Positions 9,131 through 19,155 are shown, numbered from the stretch's first letter. The stretch is DNA of 64,000 nt from Clostridiales bacterium (GCA_017513085.1 JAFWDK010000019.1:224146-288145); one strand, 5' to 3'. The notes: generated by a model not told the origin, from the sequence alone. Numbers and translations are program-made.

Positions 9131-10015
9131 TCAAGGCTCGAACTTCGTTCCGCACTCGGTGCAGAATTTTGCTGTCTTCGAGGTTCGCAGCGCTCCGCAG
9201 GACAGACAGTATGAACGGTCTTCCGGCCTGACCGTCTGACCGGACTTCGCGGCGATTTCTTTGAGAAGGGCGAGCGTCCGCTCCGGATCGGTGAAGATCC
9301 GCTCATGTTCCTGGTCGAACCGGATGAATCCTTCCCACTCACCCACTTCTACATATGCTTCTTTAGGATCTTTGCAAAGCTCTCTCACTTGTTCCTTGAT
9401 CCAAGGAAGAATATCCGATGGTACGCTATAGCTGTTCTCACTATCCCCTTCACGGATCACCACACATGCGTTTTGGTTTGAAAAGTAGAAGGCACTCAAC
9501 ATGACATCCGGACGGATCGTCCCAAAGGCCGGATCCGGAACAGGAGCCGGTCCGGGATAAACCTGATGGTGGATCGAACTCAGTTCAAAATCTTCCGGCA
9601 ATTCCGGATTCGGGTAACAATAATTGATGCGATCTCTCTGGTTAAGCGGCTCCCCACATACGGCGCGGAGTTCTTCCAGCATCTGGTACAGGACTTCTTC
9701 GTCCATATCGTGATAATAGGTATCGACCTGCCCGTCTTCTCTTGTCTCGACGACCGCAGCCATCTCCTTTCCATTCAACGAAGGCTCGAGAGGAAAGAAT
9801 CCCCGATGCTTCTCCCCGCACTTACTGAGCACCTCTTCGACGAACTTTTCCGCCGCCTCCCGTGGCACAGCATAATCCGAAGCCTCATGCGTCAGGAGGT
9901 AGTTTCCGTCTTTTAAGCTGGTCACCCTGTAATCTGTATTTACAGGCGGTCCCCCGCAGATCGTTTGCTCCATAAAGTATTTCTGGAGATTTCTGTATGC
10001 GATATAAATATACAC
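9131..10015 (-). CDS. Hypothetical protein with C-terminal zinc ribbon (start uncertain)
   Basis: CLSCG...KFCTECGTK; 294-aa ORF. Confidence 0.65.
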   Translation of the reverse strand: MYIYIAYRNLQKYFMEQTICGGPPVNTDYRVTSLKDGNYLLTHEASDYAVPREAAEKFVEEVLSKCGEKHRGFFPLEPSLNGKEMAAVVETREDGQVDTYYHDMDEEVLYQMLEELRAVCGEPLNQRDRINYCYPNPELPEDFELSSIHHQVYPGPAPVPDPAFGTIRPDVMLSAFYFSNQNACVVIREGDSENSYSVPSDILPWIKEQVRELCKDPKEAYVEVGEWEGFIRFDQEHERIFTDPERTLALLKEIAAKSGQTVRPEDRSYCLSCGALRTSKTAKFCTECGTKFEP

Positions 10016-10120
10016 CCGAATGACCTATCCTTCTTCCCAATCTAAAACTAGATATATCACAGGATGGTCCGCAAATCAAATCCGCAGCCTGCGTAAGTGT
10101 TTTTGCTGAAGGCGGAGTGT

Positions 10121-11029
10121 TCACTCCTTTATGCCACGGATCTTAACTGCAGTAAGAAAATGCTTCTGTAAGAACGGATAGAGAATGATCATGGGAAGTA
10201 TGGCCAGGATCATGACAGCCGACGCGACTCCGGCACGGCTGGGCGCAGCGGCCACAGTCGAATCTACATAACCGTTACTTGCGTTAACTGCCGAGGTCTC
10301 CACTTTAAACAATTCAAACTGAATGGTTGAAAGCTCTTGGTTCATCCGATTGAAAAGCAACGTGTCAAACCAGGAACCCCAATGATTTGCGGCAGTAAAG
10401 AGTGCAACAACGGCATAGATCGCTCTGCACTGAGGACAGACAATACTCCAGAAGATCCGCAAATACCCCGCGCCATCAAGTTGTGCAGATTCCTCCAGGG
10501 AATCCGGTATCGTCTCCATATATGACCGCATGAGCAATACGTGAAGCACACATACCATTCCCGGGATAATATATACCCAGAAGCTCTGTATCAGATCGAG
10601 CTTTCTATATAGGACCAAAGTGGGGACCATTCCGGCTGATATGAACATCGTAAAAACCCAAAACCGGGAAAGCATTGTCCGAAACACAAACTTTTTCCGG
10701 CTGAGGATAAAGGCAAGGACCGCGCAGGCGAGCACGGAAGTCAGCGTACCGAGAACCGTTCTCTCGACACTAACGAGGAATGCCTTCCGGTAGTTAGTAT
10801 TCTTAAAAAGCACCAGTTCCCAGTTTTTAAGAGTAGGAGAACGCGGAAATAATCTCAGCGCAAAGCTTTTATCTGCTACATCATAAACGCTGCTAAAGGA
10901 CAACGGAATGAGGCGAAGTATCGGGTACAGGGCAACGATTGAAGAAACAATAAAGACCGTCCATGTAAATATTCTAAAACACCGCTCGGAAGCGGGCACC
11001 GGTTTCTTGTATAAATCTCTTTCTTCCAT
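10121..11029 (-). CDS. Carbohydrate ABC transporter permease (LplC/MalG-like)
   Basis: EAA loop IPDSLEESAQLDGAG, SAGMVPT, LYPFLQKHF...GIKE. Confidence 0.9.
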   Translation of the reverse strand: MEERDLYKKPVPASERCFRIFTWTVFIVSSIVALYPILRLIPLSFSSVYDVADKSFALRLFPRSPTLKNWELVLFKNTNYRKAFLVSVERTVLGTLTSVLACAVLAFILSRKKFVFRTMLSRFWVFTMFISAGMVPTLVLYRKLDLIQSFWVYIIPGMVCVLHVLLMRSYMETIPDSLEESAQLDGAGYLRIFWSIVCPQCRAIYAVVALFTAANHWGSWFDTLLFNRMNQELSTIQFELFKVETSAVNASNGYVDSTVAAAPSRAGVASAVMILAILPMIILYPFLQKHFLTAVKIRGIKE

Positions 11030-11120
11030 GATTTCTTCCCCCTAGAAGTACCCATTCTGAATACTAGACACTTATCCAAGAGTTTTGTTACACACAGATT
11101 CAAAACAAAAGGATATGTGA

Positions 11121-11486
11121 TCAGCGTATCACATATCCTTCTTTGGCTAACACTTCTAAAGCCCGTCCAAAGTTTTCTTCTTTCACAAGAATATAATCCG
11201 TATTGTACGTCGATACAGCGAATATCCCTATCTTGTTTTCAGCAAGGATTCCGGAAATCTTCGAGAGTATACCGATCAACGAAAAATCCAGCACTCCCTG
11301 GATCCGAAAACCTCGCCAACCGTCATCTCTCTCAATAGTGTTTTCCGGAGCCTCTTCCGTTTTACATACTAAAGATAACTCCTCATCTGTTTTACCGATA
11401 AAATAAAACTCTGAAGACAGGTCCACAGCAGACACATCTTCAACTTTACATACAGTCAGATTATGTTCTAGTTTTTTTAGCTCCAT
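11121..11486 (-). CDS. ACT domain-containing protein
   Basis: KTDEELSLVC, GWRGFRIQGVLDFSLIGILS, FAVSTYNTDYILVK; RBS AAGGAG. Confidence 0.85.
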   Translation of the reverse strand: MELKKLEHNLTVCKVEDVSAVDLSSEFYFIGKTDEELSLVCKTEEAPENTIERDDGWRGFRIQGVLDFSLIGILSKISGILAENKIGIFAVSTYNTDYILVKEENFGRALEVLAKEGYVIR

Positions 11487-11645
11487 GGTTAACTCCTTTG
11501 GAAGACCGGCTAAGATGCCGATCTGTCTTTTTCCTTGTTTCATTATATTCCAATTTGAACAAAGATATTCAACGCATCGGAGTAACGGTTGCATTAATGT
11601 GCTGAATAACCACTCTAAGTGAGACGATGACTGCGATCAAATATG

Positions 11646-11855
11646 TCATTTCTTCAGTGCATTTTTCTTTTCGAAAGAGAGCATCATCCGGTGCATGCCG
11701 ATCAGGACGACTGCCAGAATAATGGTTGCAACAAAAAAGATAAGAGACAGTTTTAGCATTTCAAGATTGAAGGCTATGGCGGCGACTGCCAAGCAAACAG
11801 CAAAAACTCCGAATATGATCCTAAGTAAAACTTCTCCTGTTGAATTTTCCATCAT
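11646..11855 (-). CDS. Small two-TM membrane protein
   Basis: Two hydrophobic stretches; RBS GGAGG. Confidence 0.6.
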   Translation of the reverse strand: MMENSTGEVLLRIIFGVFAVCLAVAAIAFNLEMLKLSLIFFVATIILAVVLIGMHRMMLSFEKKNALKK

Positions 11856-11986
11856 CTTTCCTCCGGTTCGATCATCATTTTATGATTCTATCTTATCCTT
11901 GATGCATTAAGTCATCGTCAATCAAACATAAAGAAAGCGTTAAGATTGAAAACTGTTCGCCGAACGTCAAAGGTCGCTCGAGCGGC

Positions 11987-12742
11987 TCAAAGACCGGCCA
12001 GATCGTTGATGACTTCGCCGGCGATGATCAGGCCGACTACGGATGGAACAAACGCGGTGGAGCCGGGAATAGCTCTTCGATCTGTACATTTTCTCTCCGC
12101 GCCCGGTGGGCAGATACAATGCTGTCTGCAGCTGATGGACATATCCTCCAACGGTCGGACCGGTGCTTCCTTGGAATACACGACTTTCAGGGAGTCGATG
12201 CCTCTTTTTTTGCACTCACGCCGCATGACTTTGGCCAGCGGGCATATAGATGTCTCGTAAATATCCGCCACCTCAAAAAGCGCGGCATGAAGTTTGTTTC
12301 CTGCGCCCATGGAGGAGATGACCGGGACGCCGGCTTCCTTTGCTTTTTCAATAATGGCCAGTTTTCCGGTTACGGTGTCGATCGCATCGACTACATAATC
12401 GTACTCTCTGAAATCGAACTGATCCTGAGTCTCCGGCAGAAAGAATGTGCGAAATGCTCTGACGTTGCATTCCGGGTTGATATCGTGCACCCGTTCTTCA
12501 GCCACGTCAACTTTATATTTCCCGACGGTCTTCCTCGTGGCAATGATCTGGCGGTTGATATTGGTCAGGCAGACCTTGTCATCGTCGATAAGGTCCAGGG
12601 CGCCGATCCCGCTTCGGGCCAGCGCCTCCACGACATAGCCGCCCACGCCCCCGATTCCGAAAACGGCAACACGGGAAGACGCGAACTTTTCCATCGCTTC
12701 CGGTCCATATAACAGTTGTGTTCTGGAAAACTGATTCAGCAT
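11987..12742 (-). CDS. tcdA: tRNA threonylcarbamoyladenosine dehydratase (ThiF family)
   Basis: FSRT, GIGGVG, TNINRQ, YVVDAID, SSMGAGNK, PLAKVMR, VVYSKE. Confidence 0.85.
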   Translation of the reverse strand: MLNQFSRTQLLYGPEAMEKFASSRVAVFGIGGVGGYVVEALARSGIGALDLIDDDKVCLTNINRQIIATRKTVGKYKVDVAEERVHDINPECNVRAFRTFFLPETQDQFDFREYDYVVDAIDTVTGKLAIIEKAKEAGVPVISSMGAGNKLHAALFEVADIYETSICPLAKVMRRECKKRGIDSLKVVYSKEAPVRPLEDMSISCRQHCICPPGAERKCTDRRAIPGSTAFVPSVVGLIIAGEVINDLAGL

Positions 12743-12852
12743 TCTAAAGACTCCAATGTTTTTAAACCATTCTAATATAAATGCCTACTAAGTCAATAGG
12801 CTTTTAAAAATGCTGAAATACTATCTCCTGATATTTCGCGGTTACTTCACAC

Positions 12853-13191
12853 TCAGAGCATGCGCACCAGCTCATCCCGCATCTCCGTGATCTCGCGAAG
12901 CAAAGGTGCATAGTCCATGTCGGCTTTCGCCCGCAGGAACTCCGTGATGTTACAAACAGGTTGAAAGATCGGAGTAAGCGCCAGATTTCCGAGGACGCCT
13001 TTTAACGAGTGAGCCGCGTCAAAAGCACTGTCCAGATCTTGTCTTGCGATCGATTCAGCGAGCACTTCGAAATTCTTGTCTTCGAGTACTCTCCCCACCA
13101 GTTTCAGATAGAAACCTTCGTTGCCCATGCAACGATTCAGACCATCTTCCGTATCCGCTCCAAATGCCCGTAAAGCTTCCACAGTCAGCAT
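12853..13191 (-). CDS. Hpt (histidine phosphotransfer) domain protein
   Basis: AAHSLKGVLGNL; GLNRCMGN. Confidence 0.9.
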   Translation of the reverse strand: MLTVEALRAFGADTEDGLNRCMGNEGFYLKLVGRVLEDKNFEVLAESIARQDLDSAFDAAHSLKGVLGNLALTPIFQPVCNITEFLRAKADMDYAPLLREITEMRDELVRML

Positions 13192-13209
13192 ATCCCGATC
13201 CTCCTCTCC

Positions 13210-14904
13210 TTACATTTTCGATGCCTGTTTTTCAAGAAGGAACTTCTCGAAATCTTCAGCCGGCACCGGTTTGGAGAAATAGTATCCCTGGATGATCGAG
13301 CACCCGAGTTTCTTCAGTTCAAGATACTGCTCTTCTGTCTCCACACCTTCGGCAATCGCCGGTACACCGAGATAATCAGCGATATCGATCACGATGCTGA
13401 TCATCCGGGTATCGTTCTGCTTATCGAACGCGGTCCGGATAAACTTCATGTCCAGTTTCAAAGCATCCAACGGGAGTTCCGTGATCATATTCAGTGAAGA
13501 ATAGCCGGAACCGAAATCATCCATCTCAACAAAGAAGCCATGCTCCCTCAGTTCTTTTACCTGATTGACGATCTGATTGGAATCACTGACATATGCGGAC
13601 TCCGTGATCTCAAGATACATATCTTCCGTGCCGAGACCGTTCTCGTCCACGATCCTCTTCATCGCATTCACGAGGTTCGGGTCATAAAGATCGGCGCGCG
13701 ACAGGTTCACGGATACCGGCACAGAAACGCCGAGACGCGATTTCCAATCCGCGACCTGCTTGGCCGCTTCCCTCCAGACATATTCATCAAGCGTGGCGAT
13801 CAGGCCGTCTTCTTCAAAGAGAGGTATAAAAGCACCTGGCGAGATCATGCCGAGGGTCGGATGGAACCAGCGCACAAGCGCTTCCGCACTCGCCAGGGCG
13901 GGCTTGTCTCCGCGGATATCGAACTTAGGCTGGAAGAAAACTTTGAAGTGCTTCTCCGCAAGTGCTTTTGGAAATTCATCCACCAGCTGGCCGGAGAATA
14001 ATTCCGCGTCGATCAGTGCTTCATCAAATTCATTGACAAAGACCGTGTAGTTGTTGCGGATCTTGTCGGAAGCGATCTTTGCCCGGTCAAAGCGTCGGTG
14101 CAGATCCAGTTTCTTATCGCAGTTGGAGTACACGCCGACGCGGATCTTGATGACTGTCTGAAGTTCATCCCCTACGCTGGAGATCATCTCGGCCGTCTTC
14201 GTATAGTCGTCCTGATGCAGGCAATATACAAGGAATGTATCCGCGGCTTTGCGGCAAATGAAGCTTGCCTGGTCCGCAAAAACCGCTTCCAGACGTTCTG
14301 CGATTTTTTTCAGGATCTCATCGCCTTTTTCTATACCGAAGCGCTCGTTTAAAACATGGAAATGGTTGACATCCAGGCAAAGCGCGTCCATCTCGGTATC
14401 CGGATAGAATCTGTCAAACTGATTGCAGTAGCGGTAAAAATACTCGATGTTATAAAGGCCCGTGAGCTCATCTCTTTCCGTTGCGCTGATGATCTGGCGG
14501 TTTTCGGCAAGCTCGATGGAACGGGATATTCTTGCTTTAATGACATCCGGCTGCGGGTAAGGCTTCGGAATAAAATCGTAAGCGCCTCTCTTGAGACTGG
14601 CCACTTCCGAATCCTGATCAGATGTAAGAACGATCACCGGGATCCCTTTAAGATACGGATCCTCATTCATCTGTGCCAGAATATCGAGCCCTCTCATCCG
14701 AGGCATATTCAAATCGAGAAGGATCAAAGAGAGCGTCTTTCTGTTCTGCTTGATCATCTCATAAGCCATCTCACCGTCTTCTGCTTTAAGAACATCGTAT
14801 TCATCAGAAAGGATGTTCTCCAGAAGCTCCCGATTGATATATTCATCATCAGCAATAAGGATCTGTCTCTTGCTGCCTGCAATAAAATCCGGAAAAATCT
14901 TCAT
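13210..14904 (-). CDS. Response regulator REC-GGDEF(degenerate)-EAL, likely c-di-GMP phosphodiesterase
   Basis: ILIADD and LILLDLNMP; GGDEF replaced by AADTF; AEALVRW, DDFGSGYSSL, EGVET and QGYYF intact. Confidence 0.9.
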   Translation of the reverse strand: MKIFPDFIAGSKRQILIADDEYINRELLENILSDEYDVLKAEDGEMAYEMIKQNRKTLSLILLDLNMPRMRGLDILAQMNEDPYLKGIPVIVLTSDQDSEVASLKRGAYDFIPKPYPQPDVIKARISRSIELAENRQIISATERDELTGLYNIEYFYRYCNQFDRFYPDTEMDALCLDVNHFHVLNERFGIEKGDEILKKIAERLEAVFADQASFICRKAADTFLVYCLHQDDYTKTAEMISSVGDELQTVIKIRVGVYSNCDKKLDLHRRFDRAKIASDKIRNNYTVFVNEFDEALIDAELFSGQLVDEFPKALAEKHFKVFFQPKFDIRGDKPALASAEALVRWFHPTLGMISPGAFIPLFEEDGLIATLDEYVWREAAKQVADWKSRLGVSVPVSVNLSRADLYDPNLVNAMKRIVDENGLGTEDMYLEITESAYVSDSNQIVNQVKELREHGFFVEMDDFGSGYSSLNMITELPLDALKLDMKFIRTAFDKQNDTRMISIVIDIADYLGVPAIAEGVETEEQYLELKKLGCSIIQGYYFSKPVPAEDFEKFLLEKQASKM

Positions 14905-15045
14905 TTCTCGGTCCCACCTTGATGCCTAGTCTTGCTATTTACTCTAACCCAACCTCTGAAGATATATCAGAATAATTTAATTATACCACACCGCATGGTC
15001 TCTCTCGCTTACATAACTAAATGTTCACGCATTATTCACATAGGA

Positions 15046-15732
15046 TCAGAATCGGATTTTGTTTTCTTCTTTTTTCTTTTGGGCATTTTTGCAGATCACT
15101 GCAACTTGTGTTCCGATAAACGCCCAGAACAGAAGCATCAGGATGTTCTCCAGGAAAACCTGTGCGCCGGCTTTTTCATAATCCAGGAACGCAAAAGGAA
15201 CTTTGAAGAATAAGTAGTCCGTCGTCTTGCTATTTAAGAACAGAAGCAATCCGACGCCTGCCAGGCTGAAAGAAACGACCGATACCGCGATCTTCAGTTT
15301 ATTCGGCATTTTAAATTTCGCAAAGATGACCGGGATATGCATGCCCAGATGCAGACCCATAAGCACAAATGCCCAATACGACATGGAAAGATGCATTCTT
15401 CTGGCAAAAGACACTTTTGTCATTCCATAGAGGAACGGTACAGCATGTCCGCTCATGGACATGCCGCAGAAAGCGGTGAGTCCAAATGCGGCAATAAGCG
15501 CGATGTTGATCACCAATGAGAGTATCCGGTATGCGTTATATTTTCCTTTGAAGGTAGCTTTATACCACTTTATGTTAAGGATCTGATGGAAGATGACAAG
15601 CAAAGTCATTCCCACACCGATCCACTCGTGCAATACTTCGCCGGTTACCTGATACGCCATCAGGCATAGCAGAAGGACAGTCATACACAGATCCACTGCT
15701 CTTTTTATCACGTTCTTCGTATTTCCCTGCAT
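15046..15732 (-). CDS. DUF4405-type, cytochrome b-like membrane protein
   Basis: About six TM helices with His residues in HEWIG, FHQ, MHL and LHLGMH. Confidence 0.7.
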   Translation of the reverse strand: MQGNTKNVIKRAVDLCMTVLLLCLMAYQVTGEVLHEWIGVGMTLLVIFHQILNIKWYKATFKGKYNAYRILSLVINIALIAAFGLTAFCGMSMSGHAVPFLYGMTKVSFARRMHLSMSYWAFVLMGLHLGMHIPVIFAKFKMPNKLKIAVSVVSFSLAGVGLLLFLNSKTTDYLFFKVPFAFLDYEKAGAQVFLENILMLLFWAFIGTQVAVICKNAQKKKEENKIRF

Positions 15733-15756
15733 ATGACTATCCTCCTCTTCTTCTGA

Positions 15757-16479
15757 TTATTTTAATCCTTCTATCCAGGAACGGACCGTATCTTCCGAAG
15801 GACCCGCGCCGAAGCGCTTCCCGTCGAGCCATGTTCCGCTTCCCGCGTGCTTTTCAAGATTCTTGTCGCTTCTGCCGACTCCGCTGCTGGCAGATGTGCA
15901 GAACGGGATCATGGTCATTCCGTCAAAATTGTAGGACTCTACGAATGTATCCAGGATACGAGGTTCTTCTCCCCACCAGATCGGATAACCGACATAGACT
16001 TTCGTGTACCCTTCCAGCGAGATCACATCACTACCGATCTTCGGTCTTGCGGAAGAATCATTCTGCTCCTTGGTGGAACGGCTCTCCGAATCGTTCCAGT
16101 TAAGATCGTCGTCCGAATACGGCTCTGCCGGAACGATCTCATATAGATCCGCATCCTCGATCGCAGCGATCTTTTCCGCAACGTCCTTGGTGGTTCCCGT
16201 AGCAGAAAAATACACTACGAGAACTTCTTTATGCGGTACGGCAGTCGTCGTTCCTTCCGAAGTGGTATTCTCCGTTGTTTCTTCGGAAGCTTTCGCCTCA
16301 GATCCGGCATTTTCTGTAGTCGCCTCCGAACTCTTCTCTGTCTCGGCCTCGGTCGCCTTCGTGGTCGCAGTTGTAGCAGCCTGAGAAGTCGCCTTGGTAT
16401 CACTATTATCTGATTTTCCACATGCTGCCAGACCAAGCGCCAAAATACCCGCAGTCAGCATAGCTAAAGTTCTTTTCAT
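15757..16479 (-). CDS. Lipoprotein flavodoxin with T/E-rich linker
   Basis: Lipobox LALGLAAC; VVYFSATGTT, GYPIWWG, PFCTSASSG. Confidence 0.85.
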   Translation of the reverse strand: MKRTLAMLTAGILALGLAACGKSDNSDTKATSQAATTATTKATEAETEKSSEATTENAGSEAKASEETTENTTSEGTTTAVPHKEVLVVYFSATGTTKDVAEKIAAIEDADLYEIVPAEPYSDDDLNWNDSESRSTKEQNDSSARPKIGSDVISLEGYTKVYVGYPIWWGEEPRILDTFVESYNFDGMTMIPFCTSASSGVGRSDKNLEKHAGSGTWLDGKRFGAGPSEDTVRSWIEGLK

Positions 16480-16548
16480 ATCGAAACCTCTTTCTTTTCT
16501 AAATCCGGTGCACGCTTTCCCGCACCTATTCGCCCTCATGATCCTATC

Positions 16549-16875
16549 TTAATCGTTCCAAACCTCTTTCGCCTGGCGGAACACTGCCCAGCCTTTCGGC
16601 CAGCCCACATACATGGTCGCATGTGTAATGATCGCGGCAATTTCTTCCTTCGTCACGCCATGCGCCTTGGCGTTTTGCAGATGATAGATTAAAGAAGAAT
16701 CCGTAATACCGGACGCCATAAGCGAAACCACGGTAATGATGCATTTTGTCTTCACATCGATTGCTTCCTCATTCCACACTTCTCCAAAAAGCACATCGTC
16801 GTTAAGGTGTGCAAACATCGGAGCAAATTCTCCAAGCTGGTCTCTTCCTGCTGTCTGTACGATTTTCTCTGCCAT
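16549..16875 (-). CDS. Carboxymuconolactone decarboxylase family protein
   Basis: FAHLNDDVLFGEVW, HLQNAKAHGVTKEEI, YVGWPKGW. Confidence 0.9.
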   Translation of the reverse strand: MAEKIVQTAGRDQLGEFAPMFAHLNDDVLFGEVWNEEAIDVKTKCIITVVSLMASGITDSSLIYHLQNAKAHGVTKEEIAAIITHATMYVGWPKGWAVFRQAKEVWND

Positions 16876-16876
16876 A

Positions 16877-17932
16877 TTATTTCTCTCCTTCCAAGATCTT
16901 CTGTGAACCTGTTGTCCACACATGTTTCTTCTCTGCGTCACTTCTCTTGTTCTGCGCCATCACGCCTGCCAGCGGATGTGGCACATAAAGCTCTTCAAGA
17001 TATTTCACTTCGTCATCTGCGAGTTCCAGATCCACGGCTTTCGCCGCGCCTTCGATGTGATGAAGCTTCGTCGCGCCAACGACCGGCGACGTCACTTTGG
17101 TAAGAAGCCAAGCCAGAGACACTTCCGTCATGGTCACATCATGCTTCTGCGCAAGTTCCGCAACCCGCTCTATGATCACGGCATCCTGCTCCTCCGTCGA
17201 CGCATATTTGAATTTCGCATATGCATCCTCCACCGCACGCTTGGTCTCTCCCTCACCCGGCTTTCTGGATTGTCTTCCGCTGGCCAAAGCACTATACGGT
17301 GTCAGTGCGATGTTTTCTTCTTCGCAATATGGCACCATCTCGCGTTCTTCTTCTCTGAAGATCAGGTTGTAATGCCCTTGAATCGATACGAATTTCGCAA
17401 AGCCTTCTTTCTCTGCCAATGCATTCGCCTTGGCGATCTGCCAGGCAAAGCAGTTGGAGATGCCGATATATCTCGCCTTACCTGCTTTCACGATGCGGTT
17501 CAGTCCATCCATAATGTCATAGATATCCGTTTTCCAGTCCCACATGTGATAGATATAAAGGTCCACATAATCCATGCCAAGATTTGTCAGGCTGGTGTTG
17601 ATCATGTTTTCAATATGCTGCTGGCCGGAAATTCCTTGATCAATCTCTTCCTGCGTCCTGGGAAGAAACTTCGTGGCAACTACCACATCTTCCCGCTTCG
17701 CAAGATCCCGGAGCGCCCGTCCCACATACTGTTCGCTGGTTCCGCTCTGATATGCAATAGCCGTATCGTAAAAATTCACACCCAGGTCGAGGCCTCTCTT
17801 AATGATCTCCTTCGAATGCTCTTCATCGAGCGTCCAGCTATGCTGACCTTTCGCTGCATCGCCGAATCCCATACAGCCCATGCAGATACGGGAAACATTC
17901 AAATCCGAATTACCAAGTTTTGTGTATTTCAT
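16877..17932 (-). CDS. Aldo/keto reductase
   Basis: VSRICMGCMGFG, YDTAIAY, VATK, DYVDLYIYH, GKARYIGISN. Confidence 0.92.
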   Translation of the reverse strand: MKYTKLGNSDLNVSRICMGCMGFGDAAKGQHSWTLDEEHSKEIIKRGLDLGVNFYDTAIAYQSGTSEQYVGRALRDLAKREDVVVATKFLPRTQEEIDQGISGQQHIENMINTSLTNLGMDYVDLYIYHMWDWKTDIYDIMDGLNRIVKAGKARYIGISNCFAWQIAKANALAEKEGFAKFVSIQGHYNLIFREEEREMVPYCEEENIALTPYSALASGRQSRKPGEGETKRAVEDAYAKFKYASTEEQDAVIIERVAELAQKHDVTMTEVSLAWLLTKVTSPVVGATKLHHIEGAAKAVDLELADDEVKYLEELYVPHPLAGVMAQNKRSDAEKKHVWTTGSQKILEGEK

Positions 17933-17973
17933 CGTAGCATTCCTCCTTGTTTTTTCCGTCCTCTGACACTTTC

Positions 17974-18591
17974 TTACAGAAGTTTCAGCAAACAGTTATT
18001 CGTGATTTCAAAAATCGTCTGATACACAAAGTCCACACCCGCCTCTTGCATCGCTTCCTTCTGCTTCTCCGTCACCGACGTGTAAGGATAGATACCGAAC
18101 ATGAACGGGAAAAACACATATACGATATTTCTGATCTCCTCGGTGGATTTCTTCGGACAGAACTTCGTCAAAATATCGGTAACATTCTTCAAAGACTCGC
18201 CATACGCCACCTTAAATGACGTCAGAAGTTCCGGCCGGCTGTTCTCTTCCATGTCATAGTTGTTCATGGCCAGAAGCTTCAGAAGCTGCTGCCTCCTGGC
18301 AATCGAAGAAGCAAGTTTCTCCGCGACCAGTGCTTTTGAAAGAGACTTATTCTCCTGAAGGATCGTCTTCAGATCTTCATTCCAGCGGACATACTCTCGT
18401 TCAAAAAGCGCTAGGAAAATTTCTTCTTTGGTCTGGTAGTAGTTGTAGATCGTCGGTCTGGAGAAAGACGTCTCGTTACCGATTTCTTTAAGTGTTATAT
18501 CCTTAAAGTTCATGGTCTGATACAGTTTTTCACAGGCATTTATGATCTCTTCTTTCCTCGAAGCAGTTCTCTCCGGTGATCCCTTAGGCAT
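17974..18591 (-). CDS. TetR/AcrR family regulator
   Basis: ITLKEIGNETSFSRPTIYNYYQTKEEIF; RBS GGAGG before ATG 18591. Confidence 0.9.
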   Translation of the reverse strand: MPKGSPERTASRKEEIINACEKLYQTMNFKDITLKEIGNETSFSRPTIYNYYQTKEEIFLALFEREYVRWNEDLKTILQENKSLSKALVAEKLASSIARRQQLLKLLAMNNYDMEENSRPELLTSFKVAYGESLKNVTDILTKFCPKKSTEEIRNIVYVFFPFMFGIYPYTSVTEKQKEAMQEAGVDFVYQTIFEITNNCLLKLL

Positions 18592-18614
18592 ATCGAACCT
18601 CCATGCAACAATGT

Positions 18615-18666
18615 ATTCTGACATCGTGTCAATATGAATTGTACACCCATTCTGACACCGTGTCAA
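18615..18666 (-). promoter_or_regulatory. SigA promoter of the tetR operon with two TGACA-n3-TGTCA operators
   Basis: Minus strand TTGACA (18666-18661), 17 bp, TACAAT (18643-18638). 18-bp repeats attcTGACAycgTGTCAa at 18615-18632 and 18649-18666. Confidence 0.8.
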
Positions 18667-18734
18667 CATTGCTGATCTATGAGGTAGGATTGCTTTACAG
18701 GGAAATCCGACGGTTAGCTGTGCCTAACCACGAC

Positions 18735-19155
18735 GATTACGGGTGAAAATGAAAAAATGCCGAATTCACCCGTAATCCGTTTCCGTGATGCCGGGTAGAT
18801 TACGGGTGAAAATGAAAAAATGCCGGATTCACCCGTAATCTGTTTCCGTGATGCCGGGTCGATTACGGGTGAAAATGAAAAAATGCCGAATTCACCCGTA
18901 ATCCGTTTCCGTGACGCCGGGTCGATTACGGGTGAAAATGAAAAAATGCCGGATTCACCCGTAATCCGTTTCCGTGGAGCCGGGTCGATTACGGGTGAAA
19001 ATGAAAAAATGCCGAATTCACCCGTAATCTGTTTCCGTGAAGCCGGGTCGATTACGGGTGAAAATGAAGAAATGCTGAATTCACCCGTAATCCGTTTCCG
19101 TTATGCGGGGGCGATTACGGGTGAAAATGAAAAAATGCCGAATTCACCCGTAATC
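18735..19155. repeat. Tandem palindromic array: 7 x 43-bp hairpin units with 20-bp near-identical linkers (63-bp period)
   Basis: GATTACGGGTGAA-N17-TTCACCCGTAATC starting at 18735, 18798, 18861, 18924, 18987, 19050 and 19113. Confidence 0.97.

Noticed and set aside
11545-11560. ATTCCAATTTG resembling the cassette-site core
   Set aside because: Opposite orientation to the local gene, overlaps its TATAAT -10 and lacks the flanking AACAGTTAGA; probably chance.
13210-14904. Active diguanylate cyclase
   Set aside because: The GGDEF motif is replaced by AADTF; only the EAL domain looks catalytic.
18735-19155. CRISPR array
   Set aside because: The 20-bp spacers are near-identical to each other, there is no AT-rich leader and no cas gene in the window.
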